From contig JAAXWF010000002.1 in NCBI GenBank assembly GCA_013335095.1, positions 269,566 through 333,565 of the forward strand: a stretch of 64,000 nucleotides of DNA, written 5' to 3'. The notes beneath the pieces were generated by a model. That model made no database searches and was not told the DNA's origin. It was given only the letters and a program-made list of their open reading frames with translations. Position numbers and translations under genes: made by a program. Shown one piece after another: positions 48,031-57,715 of this stretch; within the stretch, counting starts at the first letter, position 1; every line of letters starts with the position of its first letter. The DNA comes from a candidate division WWE3 bacterium. GTDB taxonomy: Bacteria; Patescibacteriota; 4484-211; GCA-002791395.

Positions 48031-49983
48031 TTACGGCTTCTCTATTTCTTGCCAACTATACTTCATACCCTGATTAGTTAAATAACTCGCCAGAGTAGAG
48101 TCGAGTAAATAACCAGGCTGCCAGTTGAACAATTCAGAAGGAGTGTTCAAATTACTGTCGCCACTGCCATCGCCTAAATCACGAGGTAAGACGTATCCGC
48201 TTAAGGCTAGAACAGCACCATTCACAGTCAAAGGACGATGTGAACTTCCTGATGAATCTGATTCGAATTGATTAGTAACGATATACACCCCACCAAACTC
48301 TTCAACATTCGGTAAGACGGTCATATCACCTTCAATTAAATACACAGTATGATTTGAAATACTTACGGGTAGATCCTCCATAACCGTAACATCGCCGGTA
48401 ACAATCACAACAGCAGAAACACTGGCCCCGTCATAGCCAGTAGGAATGGTTTGACTCTTTATATCAAAATCGTCATTAACGATATAAATACCATTTGTAG
48501 TTGGAAGCTGATCTCCTGGTAAGGGTAAAGCCTGGAGCTTTATATCATCGTAGTTGGGCAAAATACTTACAATCTGAGACGAACCAGAGACGGCATGGAT
48601 ATAAGTTTCATCATACCAATCTGGATCATCAGCAAATGTGACAATATCAGTTGCACTAAAGGCTTCGGCTGGGGAATGATTTTCACCTGTGGCAGGGTAG
48701 GGGATCGAAATTTCACCATCGATGTAAATAGAACCCGTTGCCTTAATCCATGGAGAAGCGATCTCGTATACCGGACTATCACTTGAATTTCCAGCCATAT
48801 CAGCAATCCTAAATTGGACACGAAATGGACGATCAGCATTGTCACCAAAGTTCAGTTCTGGTGTTTGTAATTTGACATAGTTGGTAGCCCCATCACTGGC
48901 TGCAACTCCATTAGAGACATTCGTGATCGAAGATACAGGACTCCAATTACTCCAAAACTGATTATTATATTTTGTATAATATCGATATTCTGCCGTTGAA
49001 ACATCTGCGCCACTAGACTGATCAACTACATCGGCCGAAGTTGTAAAACATACAGCACATCCACCATTTATGCTGGCAAATGTTTGCCAGGGATTGGGAA
49101 TCACTGTATCTTTCTTCAACGAGGTTGTTTTCTCGGCTTCAGTATTATTATCGTTATCCCGGCTATAGTAGTGAAGAGTATGGTTGCCTTCAGTACTTTG
49201 AGTGAAGTTAACTTGAGCGTTTGTGTTCACACCAGATGTTTGGATATTATCCCAATACACAATGGCTGCAGGAGTACCAATAGCTCCAACCTTTAAATAA
49301 ATATAATTCGTATCAGATGGAACCGTAAACTGAGCAGTGGCATTGCGCCATCCCCAAATAAATCCTTCAAGATGCTCGGATGACGCAAGTAATTGATCAT
49401 TAGTACCGTTTTGACGTTGTCCCCATACTTCAAAATATGCATAATCACCAGGAAACATGACGGTACGCGCCCAGGCACTTATTTGGACAACTTGGCCTGG
49501 TGTAAATGCCACCGCTTTAGATTCGTTACTCCAGTAATAAAATGTAGAACTAAGCCCGACGAATGCAATTGCAGCGGTCTTATTGCCGTCATAAGGACTC
49601 ACATTACTCTGATAGTACAGAACGAGTCCACCTGGTCCCTGATTCCAGTTGCTAATATTTAGAAAGGATCCTTGTTCATACGATGGATTTAGAAATGTCG
49701 GAGCCGAGCTGGTAGGAAAATTCACAGTAGTAGGTGCGGCTGAATCAATCCAATACGTAGTAGACATGGGACCACTTCCACTGTCCGTCACATCCAGTGT
49801 GACATCAATATTACTTCGATACCATCCTGATTGTCCTGCAGTACCACTTAGTGATGATGAAGTTACTGGTGGTGTAGTTTCGGCTTTAATTTCGCTTACA
49901 CAAAAACATAAAAACAGCAGTAATACGGTATTTAAAATTAATAATGATCTACGTGTTAAAAGGCAGTATTTTTGATGATACAT
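48031..49983 (-). CDS. Large secreted pilus-associated protein (Ig-like/CBM-like domains), candidate tip adhesin
   Basis: Signal peptide; PPVT...GWY.S...VTL...D..SG and EG.HTL.YYS.D...N.E Ig-like halves flanking a CBM-like insert; last gene of the minor pilin run. Confidence 0.6.
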   Translation of the reverse strand: MYHQKYCLLTRRSLLILNTVLLLFLCFCVSEIKAETTPPVTSSSLSGTAGQSGWYRSNIDVTLDVTDSGSGPMSTTYWIDSAAPTTVNFPTSSAPTFLNPSYEQGSFLNISNWNQGPGGLVLYYQSNVSPYDGNKTAAIAFVGLSSTFYYWSNESKAVAFTPGQVVQISAWARTVMFPGDYAYFEVWGQRQNGTNDQLLASSEHLEGFIWGWRNATAQFTVPSDTNYIYLKVGAIGTPAAIVYWDNIQTSGVNTNAQVNFTQSTEGNHTLHYYSRDNDNNTEAEKTTSLKKDTVIPNPWQTFASINGGCAVCFTTSADVVDQSSGADVSTAEYRYYTKYNNQFWSNWSPVSSITNVSNGVAASDGATNYVKLQTPELNFGDNADRPFRVQFRIADMAGNSSDSPVYEIASPWIKATGSIYIDGEISIPYPATGENHSPAEAFSATDIVTFADDPDWYDETYIHAVSGSSQIVSILPNYDDIKLQALPLPGDQLPTTNGIYIVNDDFDIKSQTIPTGYDGASVSAVVIVTGDVTVMEDLPVSISNHTVYLIEGDMTVLPNVEEFGGVYIVTNQFESDSSGSSHRPLTVNGAVLALSGYVLPRDLGDGSGDSNLNTPSELFNWQPGYLLDSTLASYLTNQGMKYSWQEIEKP

Positions 49984-49997
49984 TAAATTTCATTACG

Positions 49998-50762
49998 TTA
50001 CTTTGAGAGTGATCCTGATGCCGAAAATAATACATAATCAAGAATAGCTGGTGGAACAGGAGCACTACGTTGTAATTGAACTGTACGCTCTGTCTCTCCA
50101 GACTGACCAGTCGCTTTAACAATAGTACTCTGAGTTGGTATTGTAGTACCGGCAAGAGGAGTAACGGAGAGATCTGAATCTCCATACATCACCCGGAAGC
50201 GCAAGATTTTGTCCGTAGCACCATTTACATTAAATTGTTGCTGACAAACGCCACTTGCTGCAGAGCTTTGAGTAAAACCATTTCCGGGATTAAATCCACA
50301 GTTGTATGCCCAACGCTCAACATTATAATTGGGACTGGTACCACTAATCTTAGTAACAACGATAGCGGTGTTAGCATCCCACTGAACGCGAACCTGTCCA
50401 GTACCGCAGCTGGCACAATCTAAATTAAGTTGGGCAACATCATCTTTTTTCAAATTATTAACTTGAAGCGTTGTATCGGGCTGAACAGTAACTTGTTTAA
50501 TAGTTGATCCACTGTCTAAATTTTTAGGATTAATTGTTGGAACAGGAGTACCTTGTTCAATTTTAAGAATAGCTTCTTCAACACCGGCTTCGGCAGCAGA
50601 GAAGGCTCGATTCGTTTCTTCGGTAGTTGCTGTTGATTCAAGATTTCTGAATGTAGTACCGGCAATAGATAACGCAATGGTTAACCCGACAATAACGATT
50701 AATAGTATAACCACTAATATTTGTCCTTGTTTAGCCGAACGGTCGGTAAAGATAAGATTCAT
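49998..50762 (-). CDS. PilX-like minor pilin
   Basis: KQG/QILVVILL class III leader; AFSAAEAGVEEA motif. Confidence 0.8.
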   Translation of the reverse strand: MNLIFTDRSAKQGQILVVILLIVIVGLTIALSIAGTTFRNLESTATTEETNRAFSAAEAGVEEAILKIEQGTPVPTINPKNLDSGSTIKQVTVQPDTTLQVNNLKKDDVAQLNLDCASCGTGQVRVQWDANTAIVVTKISGTSPNYNVERWAYNCGFNPGNGFTQSSAASGVCQQQFNVNGATDKILRFRVMYGDSDLSVTPLAGTTIPTQSTIVKATGQSGETERTVQLQRSAPVPPAILDYVLFSASGSLSK

Positions 50763-50828
50763 GTATACTTCAACTTTAGTAATTTCTCGAATAAATGTCA
50801 AACACATCTATTCAAACAATTACATTAC

Positions 50829-51434
50829 TTAATATCCGCGAGTTAACACACTTCTTTCAAATTGTTGTGATGCTTGCTGTTCCGGATCCGAAAGAGATGG
50901 TTCCTGCCTTAACACAAGAGAAATCCGGACCTGGTCGGGTGAATCGTCATTTTCAGTTACATCATATGACGCTGAAGAAACTTCAACAGTTGTGCTTGTC
51001 AGTACACAAGGATTACCGGAAGGGCACAGTGATGTACCGTCGCAAGAAGAAGTTGTTTTCCGAATAGAATTACTTGGATCATCATAATACAGCTCAACTT
51101 GAGTGCATCCACCATTACTTGAATACTCTAAGTTCCCCGCCTGACGGGGAATCGTTAAACGAACACCCGACGGGCTGGCTATTTCAACCGCATTACTCGC
51201 ATTACGAATAGTTCTAACCATTTGCTCCATGACACGAGAACCTTCTTGATTAACGGTACTAACAACATTTGCTTTGTCATAGGCTGAGCTTAGGGATAAA
51301 AAGATAGATATTGATATACCTGCAATAATCGACATGACCCCAATCGAAACCAGAATCTCAATTAAGGTAAAACCTTCAACTTTTTTATTAAAAAAATCAC
51401 CCGGTGTAATCATAGCAGTAGCTCCATCAAACAC
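50829..51434 (-). CDS. Minor pilin (PilW-like)
   Basis: EG/FTLIEILV N-methylation motif; IRNA. Confidence 0.85.
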   Translation of the reverse strand: MFDGATAMITPGDFFNKKVEGFTLIEILVSIGVMSIIAGISISIFLSLSSAYDKANVVSTVNQEGSRVMEQMVRTIRNASNAVEIASPSGVRLTIPRQAGNLEYSSNGGCTQVELYYDDPSNSIRKTTSSCDGTSLCPSGNPCVLTSTTVEVSSASYDVTENDDSPDQVRISLVLRQEPSLSDPEQQASQQFERSVLTRGY

Positions 51435-51931
51435 TAATTTTTCCAGCGTGTCAAAATAGTACTTGTAGAAACGTTTGAATAGGTTCCTTCATTATTCCAG
51501 AAGACATATGCGGTAACATCTTTGGCATTTGTTAATCCAGTGGTATTTCGAATATTCACGACCCGCCAAAAAGTAATTGGCGCACCGCTCAGGGACATAC
51601 TAACCTCGCAACTATTTGATGCAGGAGGGGAAAAGGGTGTCGAAGTTGGATTACAATTTGATGAAGTGAACGCATCGGTAGTTGTATTAATTGAGTAATT
51701 TCCAGAAAGGGTGAAAAAGGTATTCGGATCATTGTCACGAATATAGCGAGAGATTTCGAGTGATTCATCTGCTAGCTGTAAAGCGATTGCTCGGGTTCGT
51801 GAAGAATCAGCTGTTCGAAGTGAAGATATACCCAACTGTACAAGCGCCGCGCCTACTAATAATAACAATCCAGCAGCGATAACAATTTCGATTAATGAAA
51901 TTCCCGTATTATTTAGGCGAAAGGTCTTCAT
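51434..51931 (-). CDS. Minor pilin (PilV-like)
   Basis: TG/ISLIEIVIA; A..LA.E.LE..R..RD; V...V.W. Confidence 0.85.
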   Translation of the reverse strand: MKTFRLNNTGISLIEIVIAAGLLLLVGAALVQLGISSLRTADSSRTRAIALQLADESLEISRYIRDNDPNTFFTLSGNYSINTTTDAFTSSNCNPTSTPFSPPASNSCEVSMSLSGAPITFWRVVNIRNTTGLTNAKDVTAYVFWNNEGTYSNVSTSTILTRWKN

Positions 51932-52377
51932 GGGCAAAAGCTGTTAGCATTCTGACACGCCAATGATCCGCCACACACGCGAAAGGTTGATGGGGTAGAT
52001 CGTTCCATTGTTGCAGATAACTGAAAACACTTTTGATTGGCACTTACCGAATAGGTATAGGCAGTACTACCTGGATCGGTAGGAAAACTATCTAGGTACG
52101 GAGATAGGGGAGTCTGCAAACTACTGTATGCGACGTTTGGATAGACTCGGCCATTATCTAAATAATATTGTTCTAGTGCACCCCGTACTGACTGTAAGTC
52201 GCTTTGTCGACGAGTATCTCGCCCACGACCAAAAAAGTATGACGGATTTAATACGCTGAGTGTAAGAGTAGCCAAAATCCCCAAGATAACGATGACCACT
52301 AATAATTCAACCAATGTGAATCCGTGGTTAAAAGATGTTTTCTTAAAAGAGGTGTTTAAATTAAGGCGAGTGTTCAC
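51928..52377 (-). CDS. Type IV pilin / GspG-like
   Basis: HG/FTLVELLVVIVILGILA; RD..R..DL....ALE.Y..D...YP; PTDP. Confidence 0.9.
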   Translation of the reverse strand: MNTRLNLNTSFKKTSFNHGFTLVELLVVIVILGILATLTLSVLNPSYFFGRGRDTRRQSDLQSVRGALEQYYLDNGRVYPNVAYSSLQTPLSPYLDSFPTDPGSTAYTYSVSANQKCFQLSATMERSTPSTFRVCGGSLACQNANSFCP

Positions 52378-52408
52378 AATTTTTATTGATACCTACAATT
52401 TGAGAGTA

Positions 52409-53230
52409 CTAAACCCTCGTAAACATTGTCAAGTATAACTGCAGCAACCGCTCTCCCCACAATAGTGCAATATAGCCACCTAATGCAAGAAACGGGCCAA
52501 ATGGAATGGTTTGCCCAAAGCGTTTCTTACCGCTAATCAAAAGAATAACTGCGTAAAAGCCGCCAATAATAAACGATACATATATCGCAATGAGTGTTTG
52601 AGGATGCCCCAAAATTAGTCCCATGGCGAATGCAAGCTTCACATCGCCACCCCCCATACCTTTCCCCTTAGTAATCCATACGATTGAGTAAAAAAACATA
52701 CCGGCAAGAACCGCCGATGTTATCGAAGAAAGAAAGGGGAGTATAAATGCACCTGGATACAAAGCGACTCCCATAGTAATAGCAAAAATCAGGCGCAACA
52801 CAGTCCCCAAAAAGAATATCGCACAATTCGCGACAACTAATTCATCCGGAATAATTCCATGCTTAATGTCTATGACGGTAAGAATAATTAACGTACTTAT
52901 AAAAAAAAGATTCATAACAAATGTAATCGGATCGACATAGAGCTGCAGTTGATTGAAAAGGTAGTATACGACAAACAAAATTCCTGTAGAAAGTTCGAGC
53001 AGTGGATACTGCCATGACAATACAGCGTGACATGTTTTGCATTTGCCTCCCAAAACTAAAAAGGATAACAATGGAATCATTTCGTACCATTGCAAAGATC
53101 TCTTACAGGCGTCGCATCGCGAGCGTCCGTAGAAAAATTGTTCGCCAACTGGCAATCTTTCAATGATCACATTTAGAAAAGATCCAACAAATAACCCGAA
53201 AAAGCCGATTAAGGTAATCATTAGTTTCAA
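52409..53230 (-). CDS. pilD: Prepilin peptidase (A24)
   Basis: GSFLNV.I.R.P, RS.C..C, C..C, ID...IIPD, GMGGGDVKL, IPFGPFL. Confidence 0.95.
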   Translation of the reverse strand: MKLMITLIGFFGLFVGSFLNVIIERLPVGEQFFYGRSRCDACKRSLQWYEMIPLLSFLVLGGKCKTCHAVLSWQYPLLELSTGILFVVYYLFNQLQLYVDPITFVMNLFFISTLIILTVIDIKHGIIPDELVVANCAIFFLGTVLRLIFAITMGVALYPGAFILPFLSSITSAVLAGMFFYSIVWITKGKGMGGGDVKLAFAMGLILGHPQTLIAIYVSFIIGGFYAVILLISGKKRFGQTIPFGPFLALGGYIALLWGERLLQLYLTMFTRV

Positions 53231-53324
53231 TTAATATGTATACTTTATTAATAATAGATTATTCAACCAAATACGAACATATCATATATTATTATGATTG
53301 ACGCGTTAAAACCAGCAAGGTAGC

Positions 53325-53873
53325 ATGAATACAATGATAATGAGTGAAGTGCTGTATCAAAATAAAGGATTTTCTATGTATAGTCTAATAACCACAATTG
53401 GCATTATACTTATCGCCATTAGTTTAAGTATCAATATTTATGATCCGGCTAAACAAATAATCCAAGCCAGAGACAAAACAAGATTTGAGAATATTAAGCA
53501 AATTATTGCGGCAGCGGAACGATACACTACTGTAAAAAAAGAAACACCCAATTGTGATCGGCTTGAAGATTGCCCCACAAACTTTCCCGTCACGGATAGT
53601 GATGAATTTAGTAATTCCCTAAAACGAGAAGCATTTATATCAGCTATGCCGATAGATCCTGATACATCGAAAAACGATCTATGTACCTATCAAGCATATT
53701 TATATCCTTCGAGTTCAAATAAATATTTTGTTCGTTGGTGTTACGAATCATGGACAGAAGATAATATTAATCAGTTGAATGCGCAACCCAATTCGTACAA
53801 TTGCAGTTGGGTTAGAGAAAAATCTATTGCCTTGTGTTACGGCGGTCCGGGGTATGAAATACCGCAACCATAA
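53325..53873 (+). CDS. Atypical pilin-like protein (no Glu5)
   Basis: KG/FSMYSLITT; DPAKQ..QARD..R; MPIDP; opposite strand to the cluster. Confidence 0.7.
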   Translation: MNTMIMSEVLYQNKGFSMYSLITTIGIILIAISLSINIYDPAKQIIQARDKTRFENIKQIIAAAERYTTVKKETPNCDRLEDCPTNFPVTDSDEFSNSLKREAFISAMPIDPDTSKNDLCTYQAYLYPSSSNKYFVRWCYESWTEDNINQLNAQPNSYNCSWVREKSIALCYGGPGYEIPQP

Positions 53874-53875
53874 AT

Positions 53876-54121
53876 ATGAATAATATACTTCTATTACTGC
53901 AACAATATAATCTTTTTATTTTTAGTGTTGGGACAATTTTTACCGGCATAGGGCTTTATCATTCGTTTACGACTAAACCGACAGCCGAATTGCCAAAACA
54001 GAAATCATTTGTCCAGACACAAATTCAATCGAAAAAGGCAGATACACTCAATATTTATCCTAAACGTAATCCGACTATCCTGGACAAGATACTAAAAAGA
54101 TTCCTAAACTCAGATCATTAA
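53876..54121 (+). CDS. Small single-TM hypothetical protein
   Basis: 81 aa, immediately follows 53325..53873. Confidence 0.55.
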   Translation: MNNILLLLQQYNLFIFSVGTIFTGIGLYHSFTTKPTAELPKQKSFVQTQIQSKKADTLNIYPKRNPTILDKILKRFLNSDH

Positions 54122-54201
54122 AACATTTCTATATTAGTTCACTACCCATTGCATGAAATTAAATAATTAAAATGGTTCTTTAGTATTTAATGCTTGTATA
54201 T

Positions 54202-54231
54202 AAAACAAAGAGCCGTTAATACGGCTCTTTG
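54202..54231 (-). terminator. Terminator after the major pilin
   Basis: CAAAGAGCCGT-TAAT-ACGGCTCTTTG with A-run on the plus strand. Confidence 0.8.
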
Positions 54232-54266
54232 AGTAAACATTGGTAATTACCAATAACGTTAAATCA

Positions 54267-54695
54267 TCACGGTGCGCTTAATGTACCGCATTCAACAGCA
54301 CTTAAGCCTGTTGCTGTTCGATATACCCAGTATTTTGTACCGGTACCGACCGAACATGTCGCGGAAGCCGCATTTAACTGTTTAGAGATATGTGCTTGAG
54401 TACCTCCAGCGTTAACAGTAATGGTTATACCGGATGGTGCCCGTTTCAAATATCCAGACGAAACCAAACCAGCAAGAGTAGCACCAGTATAACTACCGTT
54501 ACTATTGGTATATAAACTTTCTAATGCAGTTGCAACCTGAGAAACGTCATTTTTGGCACCTGCATCGTTTGCCTCGTTAATTCGTTCCCGAGGGTCGATC
54601 GCAACTAAGACTACCGCAGCCAAGATACCAAGAACGGCGATAACGACTAAAAGTTCGATTAAAGTAAAACCTTTTGTATTTTTAGGCAGTCTCAT
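54267..54695 (-). CDS. Probable major type IV pilin
   Basis: KG/FTLIELLVVIAVLGILA; C-terminal Cys pair; strong SD (GGGGGTGA) and own terminator. Confidence 0.88.
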   Translation of the reverse strand: MRLPKNTKGFTLIELLVVIAVLGILAAVVLVAIDPRERINEANDAGAKNDVSQVATALESLYTNSNGSYTGATLAGLVSSGYLKRAPSGITITVNAGGTQAHISKQLNAASATCSVGTGTKYWVYRTATGLSAVECGTLSAP

Positions 54696-54809
54696 GTCAA
54701 TCACCCCCTTTCGGGGAAGTTCGCATAATCCACAATACTAAATTCATCATGTAATTTAACTGAACTTAGTATTACGTATTATGATCTCGAACAATTCAAT
54801 ATTTTCATA

Positions 54810-56015
54810 TCAGATTTGGCTTGTCAAGGAATAAATCGGCATAATTAGGCTGATAACTAAGAAACCGACCATCACCCCTAAGACGACCATCACAATTGGT
54901 TCAATTGCGCTCGCCAAATTATCCGTTTTACGTGATGCTTCTGATTCAAAATATTGTGATATTTTCTGTAAGACATCATCAACCTTACCTGTTTGTTCGC
55001 CAACTGCTAACATCTCCGACAGTAGGGGAGGGAATTCTTCGTGTTGTTTGAAGGCATCAGCAAGAGTCTTTCCTTTCTCGATCATAGAAGCAGAATCTTC
55101 TGCTGCTTTTCGATAAATACGATTTGCTAACGTTTCTTTCGAGATATCGATTGCTTCTAAAAGCGGTATACCTGATGAAACCAACATTCCTAATGTACGG
55201 GTAAATGACGTCAATTGGACCTGAGAGCTAAGCTCTCCAAATACTGGAGTTTTTAACTTAACTCGCGCGACCTGATCTTCGATTTCAGGATTCTTCATAA
55301 GCTGTCGCAAACCAAACCAACCACCAACTAGTCCAACGATAAACAACCACCAATATTTTGTTAATGCACCACTAAAATCGATCAATATTTGAGTCATGAA
55401 AGGTAGATCAGCATCGAGATCTTCATAGAGTTCGGCTAATCGAGGAATCACAAAGAAAAACATTATTCCTAAAACCAGAACCATCACGAATACGATGATC
55501 GCCGGATAAATTAATGCGCCTTGTACTTTCCCTTTAAATTCTGTTTCAGCTTCCATTGTGTCAGCCAACCTACTTAGGATATTTTCAAGATTACCAGAGG
55601 CTTCACCCGCTTTTATCAATGACAAATATAACCGTCCAAATTCTTTTTCATATTGGGAAAGAGCATTATAAAAACTGGAGCCGCCATCGATCTGCCGAAC
55701 GATGTCATTAATAACTTGCGCAAAATATTCACTCCTTGTTTGGTTGGCTAAGATGCGTAATGCCTGATTAATTGGAAGACCTGAGCCGATCATCGTTCCT
55801 AGTTGGCGGGTAAACACGACTTTATCTTGGGTTGGTACACCTCGGAAACGATTGAGAAAGCTATCGACACTGTTCGCATTTTCTTCATTTAAAGACGTTA
55901 CAATGTAATTGCGGGCACGTAATGCATCAGAAGCTTGCTGGCGACTAACCGCCTTCATCGAACCTGTATGTGGGATTCCGTCCGCATCAACTGCGGAATA
56001 TTTAAAACTCTTCAT
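54810..56015 (-). CDS. pilC: Type IV pilus platform protein PilC
   Basis: FTRQL.TM..SG.P, GE.SG.L, YP, GEQTG, IEP......G..V... Confidence 0.95.
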   Translation of the reverse strand: MKSFKYSAVDADGIPHTGSMKAVSRQQASDALRARNYIVTSLNEENANSVDSFLNRFRGVPTQDKVVFTRQLGTMIGSGLPINQALRILANQTRSEYFAQVINDIVRQIDGGSSFYNALSQYEKEFGRLYLSLIKAGEASGNLENILSRLADTMEAETEFKGKVQGALIYPAIIVFVMVLVLGIMFFFVIPRLAELYEDLDADLPFMTQILIDFSGALTKYWWLFIVGLVGGWFGLRQLMKNPEIEDQVARVKLKTPVFGELSSQVQLTSFTRTLGMLVSSGIPLLEAIDISKETLANRIYRKAAEDSASMIEKGKTLADAFKQHEEFPPLLSEMLAVGEQTGKVDDVLQKISQYFESEASRKTDNLASAIEPIVMVVLGVMVGFLVISLIMPIYSLTSQI

Positions 56016-56051
56016 AGTTGCCTGTGTACCTAACTGAGATCAGTTTCATTC

Positions 56052-57107
56052 TTATCGTCCTAACAATCGAGATAGTTCATCAGGACGGAGAGTATGTGAC
56101 AAAGCTTGTTCTCGGGTAATCTTACCAGTTTTAACTAACACAAACAGTGATTGCTCAAGTGACATCATTCCCATTTCCTGCGAGGTGAGGATTTGGTTAT
56201 CAATTTGGTGAGTCTTACCTTCACGAATCAACGAACGTATGGCGGGATTCATTAACATAACCTCGGTAGCAGGGTAACGGCCACCTTCTATTGCCGGAAT
56301 AAGGCGCTGACTAATAACACCCTCCAGAGTCATCGCCAACTGTGCACGAACCTGGGCTTGCTGATGCTCTGGAAACACATCAATAATACGGTTGATTGTT
56401 GCAGCAGCACTGTTTGTATGCAACGTTGAGAAAACTAAATGTCCTGTTTCGGCGATCGTTAATGCCGCAGCAATTGTTTCATAATCGCGCATTTCGCCAA
56501 TAAGCACGACATCAGGATCTTCACGTAGTGCAGATCTAAGAGCAATATCCCAAGAATGCGTATCTAAATGGAGTTCACGTTGAGAGACCAATGAACGACG
56601 ATGGGGGAACACATATTCTATCGGATCTTCAATGGTAATAATGTGAGCAGAACGATTCTCGTTAATTTCATTGATCATCGCCGCTAAAGTAGTAGACTTA
56701 CCATCACCGGTCGGTCCAGTAACCAGAACAAATCCTTGTGGTAGCCGTGTAAAATTGCGAAGCAGAGGAGGTAGGTTCAATTCTTCAAGCGTACGAATTT
56801 GTACCGGAATGTAACGCAGCGCGGCCGACATGTATCCCTTTTGATGGTACACATTAACACGAAAACGAGCGACTTCACCCAGAGCAAAAGAAAAATCTAG
56901 TTCTTTATTAGCTTCAAGTGCATGCTTCTGATCCTCAGTCAAAATAGAGTGGATCAATTGGGTGATAGATTCTTCGTTAAGCGGTGTATATCCTTGAACA
57001 GGAACCAATGTTCCATCAATACGAATGGTCGGCATAGCCCCGACCATAAGATGTAAGTCACTAGCATTCTTTTTTACAACTTCTTCGAGCAGTTCTTGAA
57101 TCGTCAT
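56052..57107 (-). CDS. pilT: Type IV pilus retraction ATPase PilT
   Basis: ASDLHL, GPTGDGKSTT, TIEDPIE, ALREDPDV..IGEMRD, AETGHLVFSTLH, AIRSLIRE. Confidence 0.95.
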   Translation of the reverse strand: MTIQELLEEVVKKNASDLHLMVGAMPTIRIDGTLVPVQGYTPLNEESITQLIHSILTEDQKHALEANKELDFSFALGEVARFRVNVYHQKGYMSAALRYIPVQIRTLEELNLPPLLRNFTRLPQGFVLVTGPTGDGKSTTLAAMINEINENRSAHIITIEDPIEYVFPHRRSLVSQRELHLDTHSWDIALRSALREDPDVVLIGEMRDYETIAAALTIAETGHLVFSTLHTNSAAATINRIIDVFPEHQQAQVRAQLAMTLEGVISQRLIPAIEGGRYPATEVMLMNPAIRSLIREGKTHQIDNQILTSQEMGMMSLEQSLFVLVKTGKITREQALSHTLRPDELSRLLGR

Positions 57108-57172
57108 AATCTACGTAATTAAATGTAACGACTTTGCCGGCCGATTGCAAGTAGTTAGTCTTTGTTCAGTTA

Positions 57173-57664
57173 TTACAGAGGTACCGCGAGCGAATTCTCG
57201 GTTACTTGCCGTAATTCAGGATAAAGCAATATTCGGTCCAATGATTCTTCGTCAATAACAGCACTCACCGAAGCAATGTATTTTAGAGTCCCCGTTACAC
57301 GAAAAGTATAACCATCCATATACTGAATAAGAGCTTGCTGCTTCTGTGAAATCATGTCAAAAAACTCCTGTTCATATTCGATGCCTGGGTAGTCGTCAGA
57401 CTTTAGTGTCACAATAACAAGTATTTCATTTTGCGATTTTAGTTTCTCTCGTAGAGAAGCTACTAATTCATCTTGGGATGAACCAATTGGAGTAATGGTA
57501 GGGCCAATAACATACGGGGTGGGGGATATCACTGTGTCATTATTGTCGGGATTAGTTTCATAACCATTTTTTATGCCTAAAACAATAACAGCAAAAACTA
57601 AACATACAACAGAAAATATTGCCAGAAGTTCAATTAATCCAAAACCGAAATTGCGACCTTTCAT
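57173..57664 (-). CDS. Pilin-leader protein with C-terminal peptidase inhibitor I9 (subtilisin prodomain)-like domain
   Basis: FG/FGLIELLAIF leader plus TM; C-terminal VIVTLK...QQALI...YIASVSAVI....L..IL..PEL..V.EN pattern. Confidence 0.6.
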   Translation of the reverse strand: MKGRNFGFGLIELLAIFSVVCLVFAVIVLGIKNGYETNPDNNDTVISPTPYVIGPTITPIGSSQDELVASLREKLKSQNEILVIVTLKSDDYPGIEYEQEFFDMISQKQQALIQYMDGYTFRVTGTLKYIASVSAVIDEESLDRILLYPELRQVTENSLAVPL

Positions 57665-57715
57665 TAGATAATAAATACTATACCCACTAATTTAATACAT
57701 AACAACTGACTGAAT

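Noticed and set aside
54239-54254. Palindrome ATTGGTAATTACCAAT after the pilin stop
   Set aside because: Single AT-rich palindrome in a 3' UTR next to the real terminator; no second copy seen.
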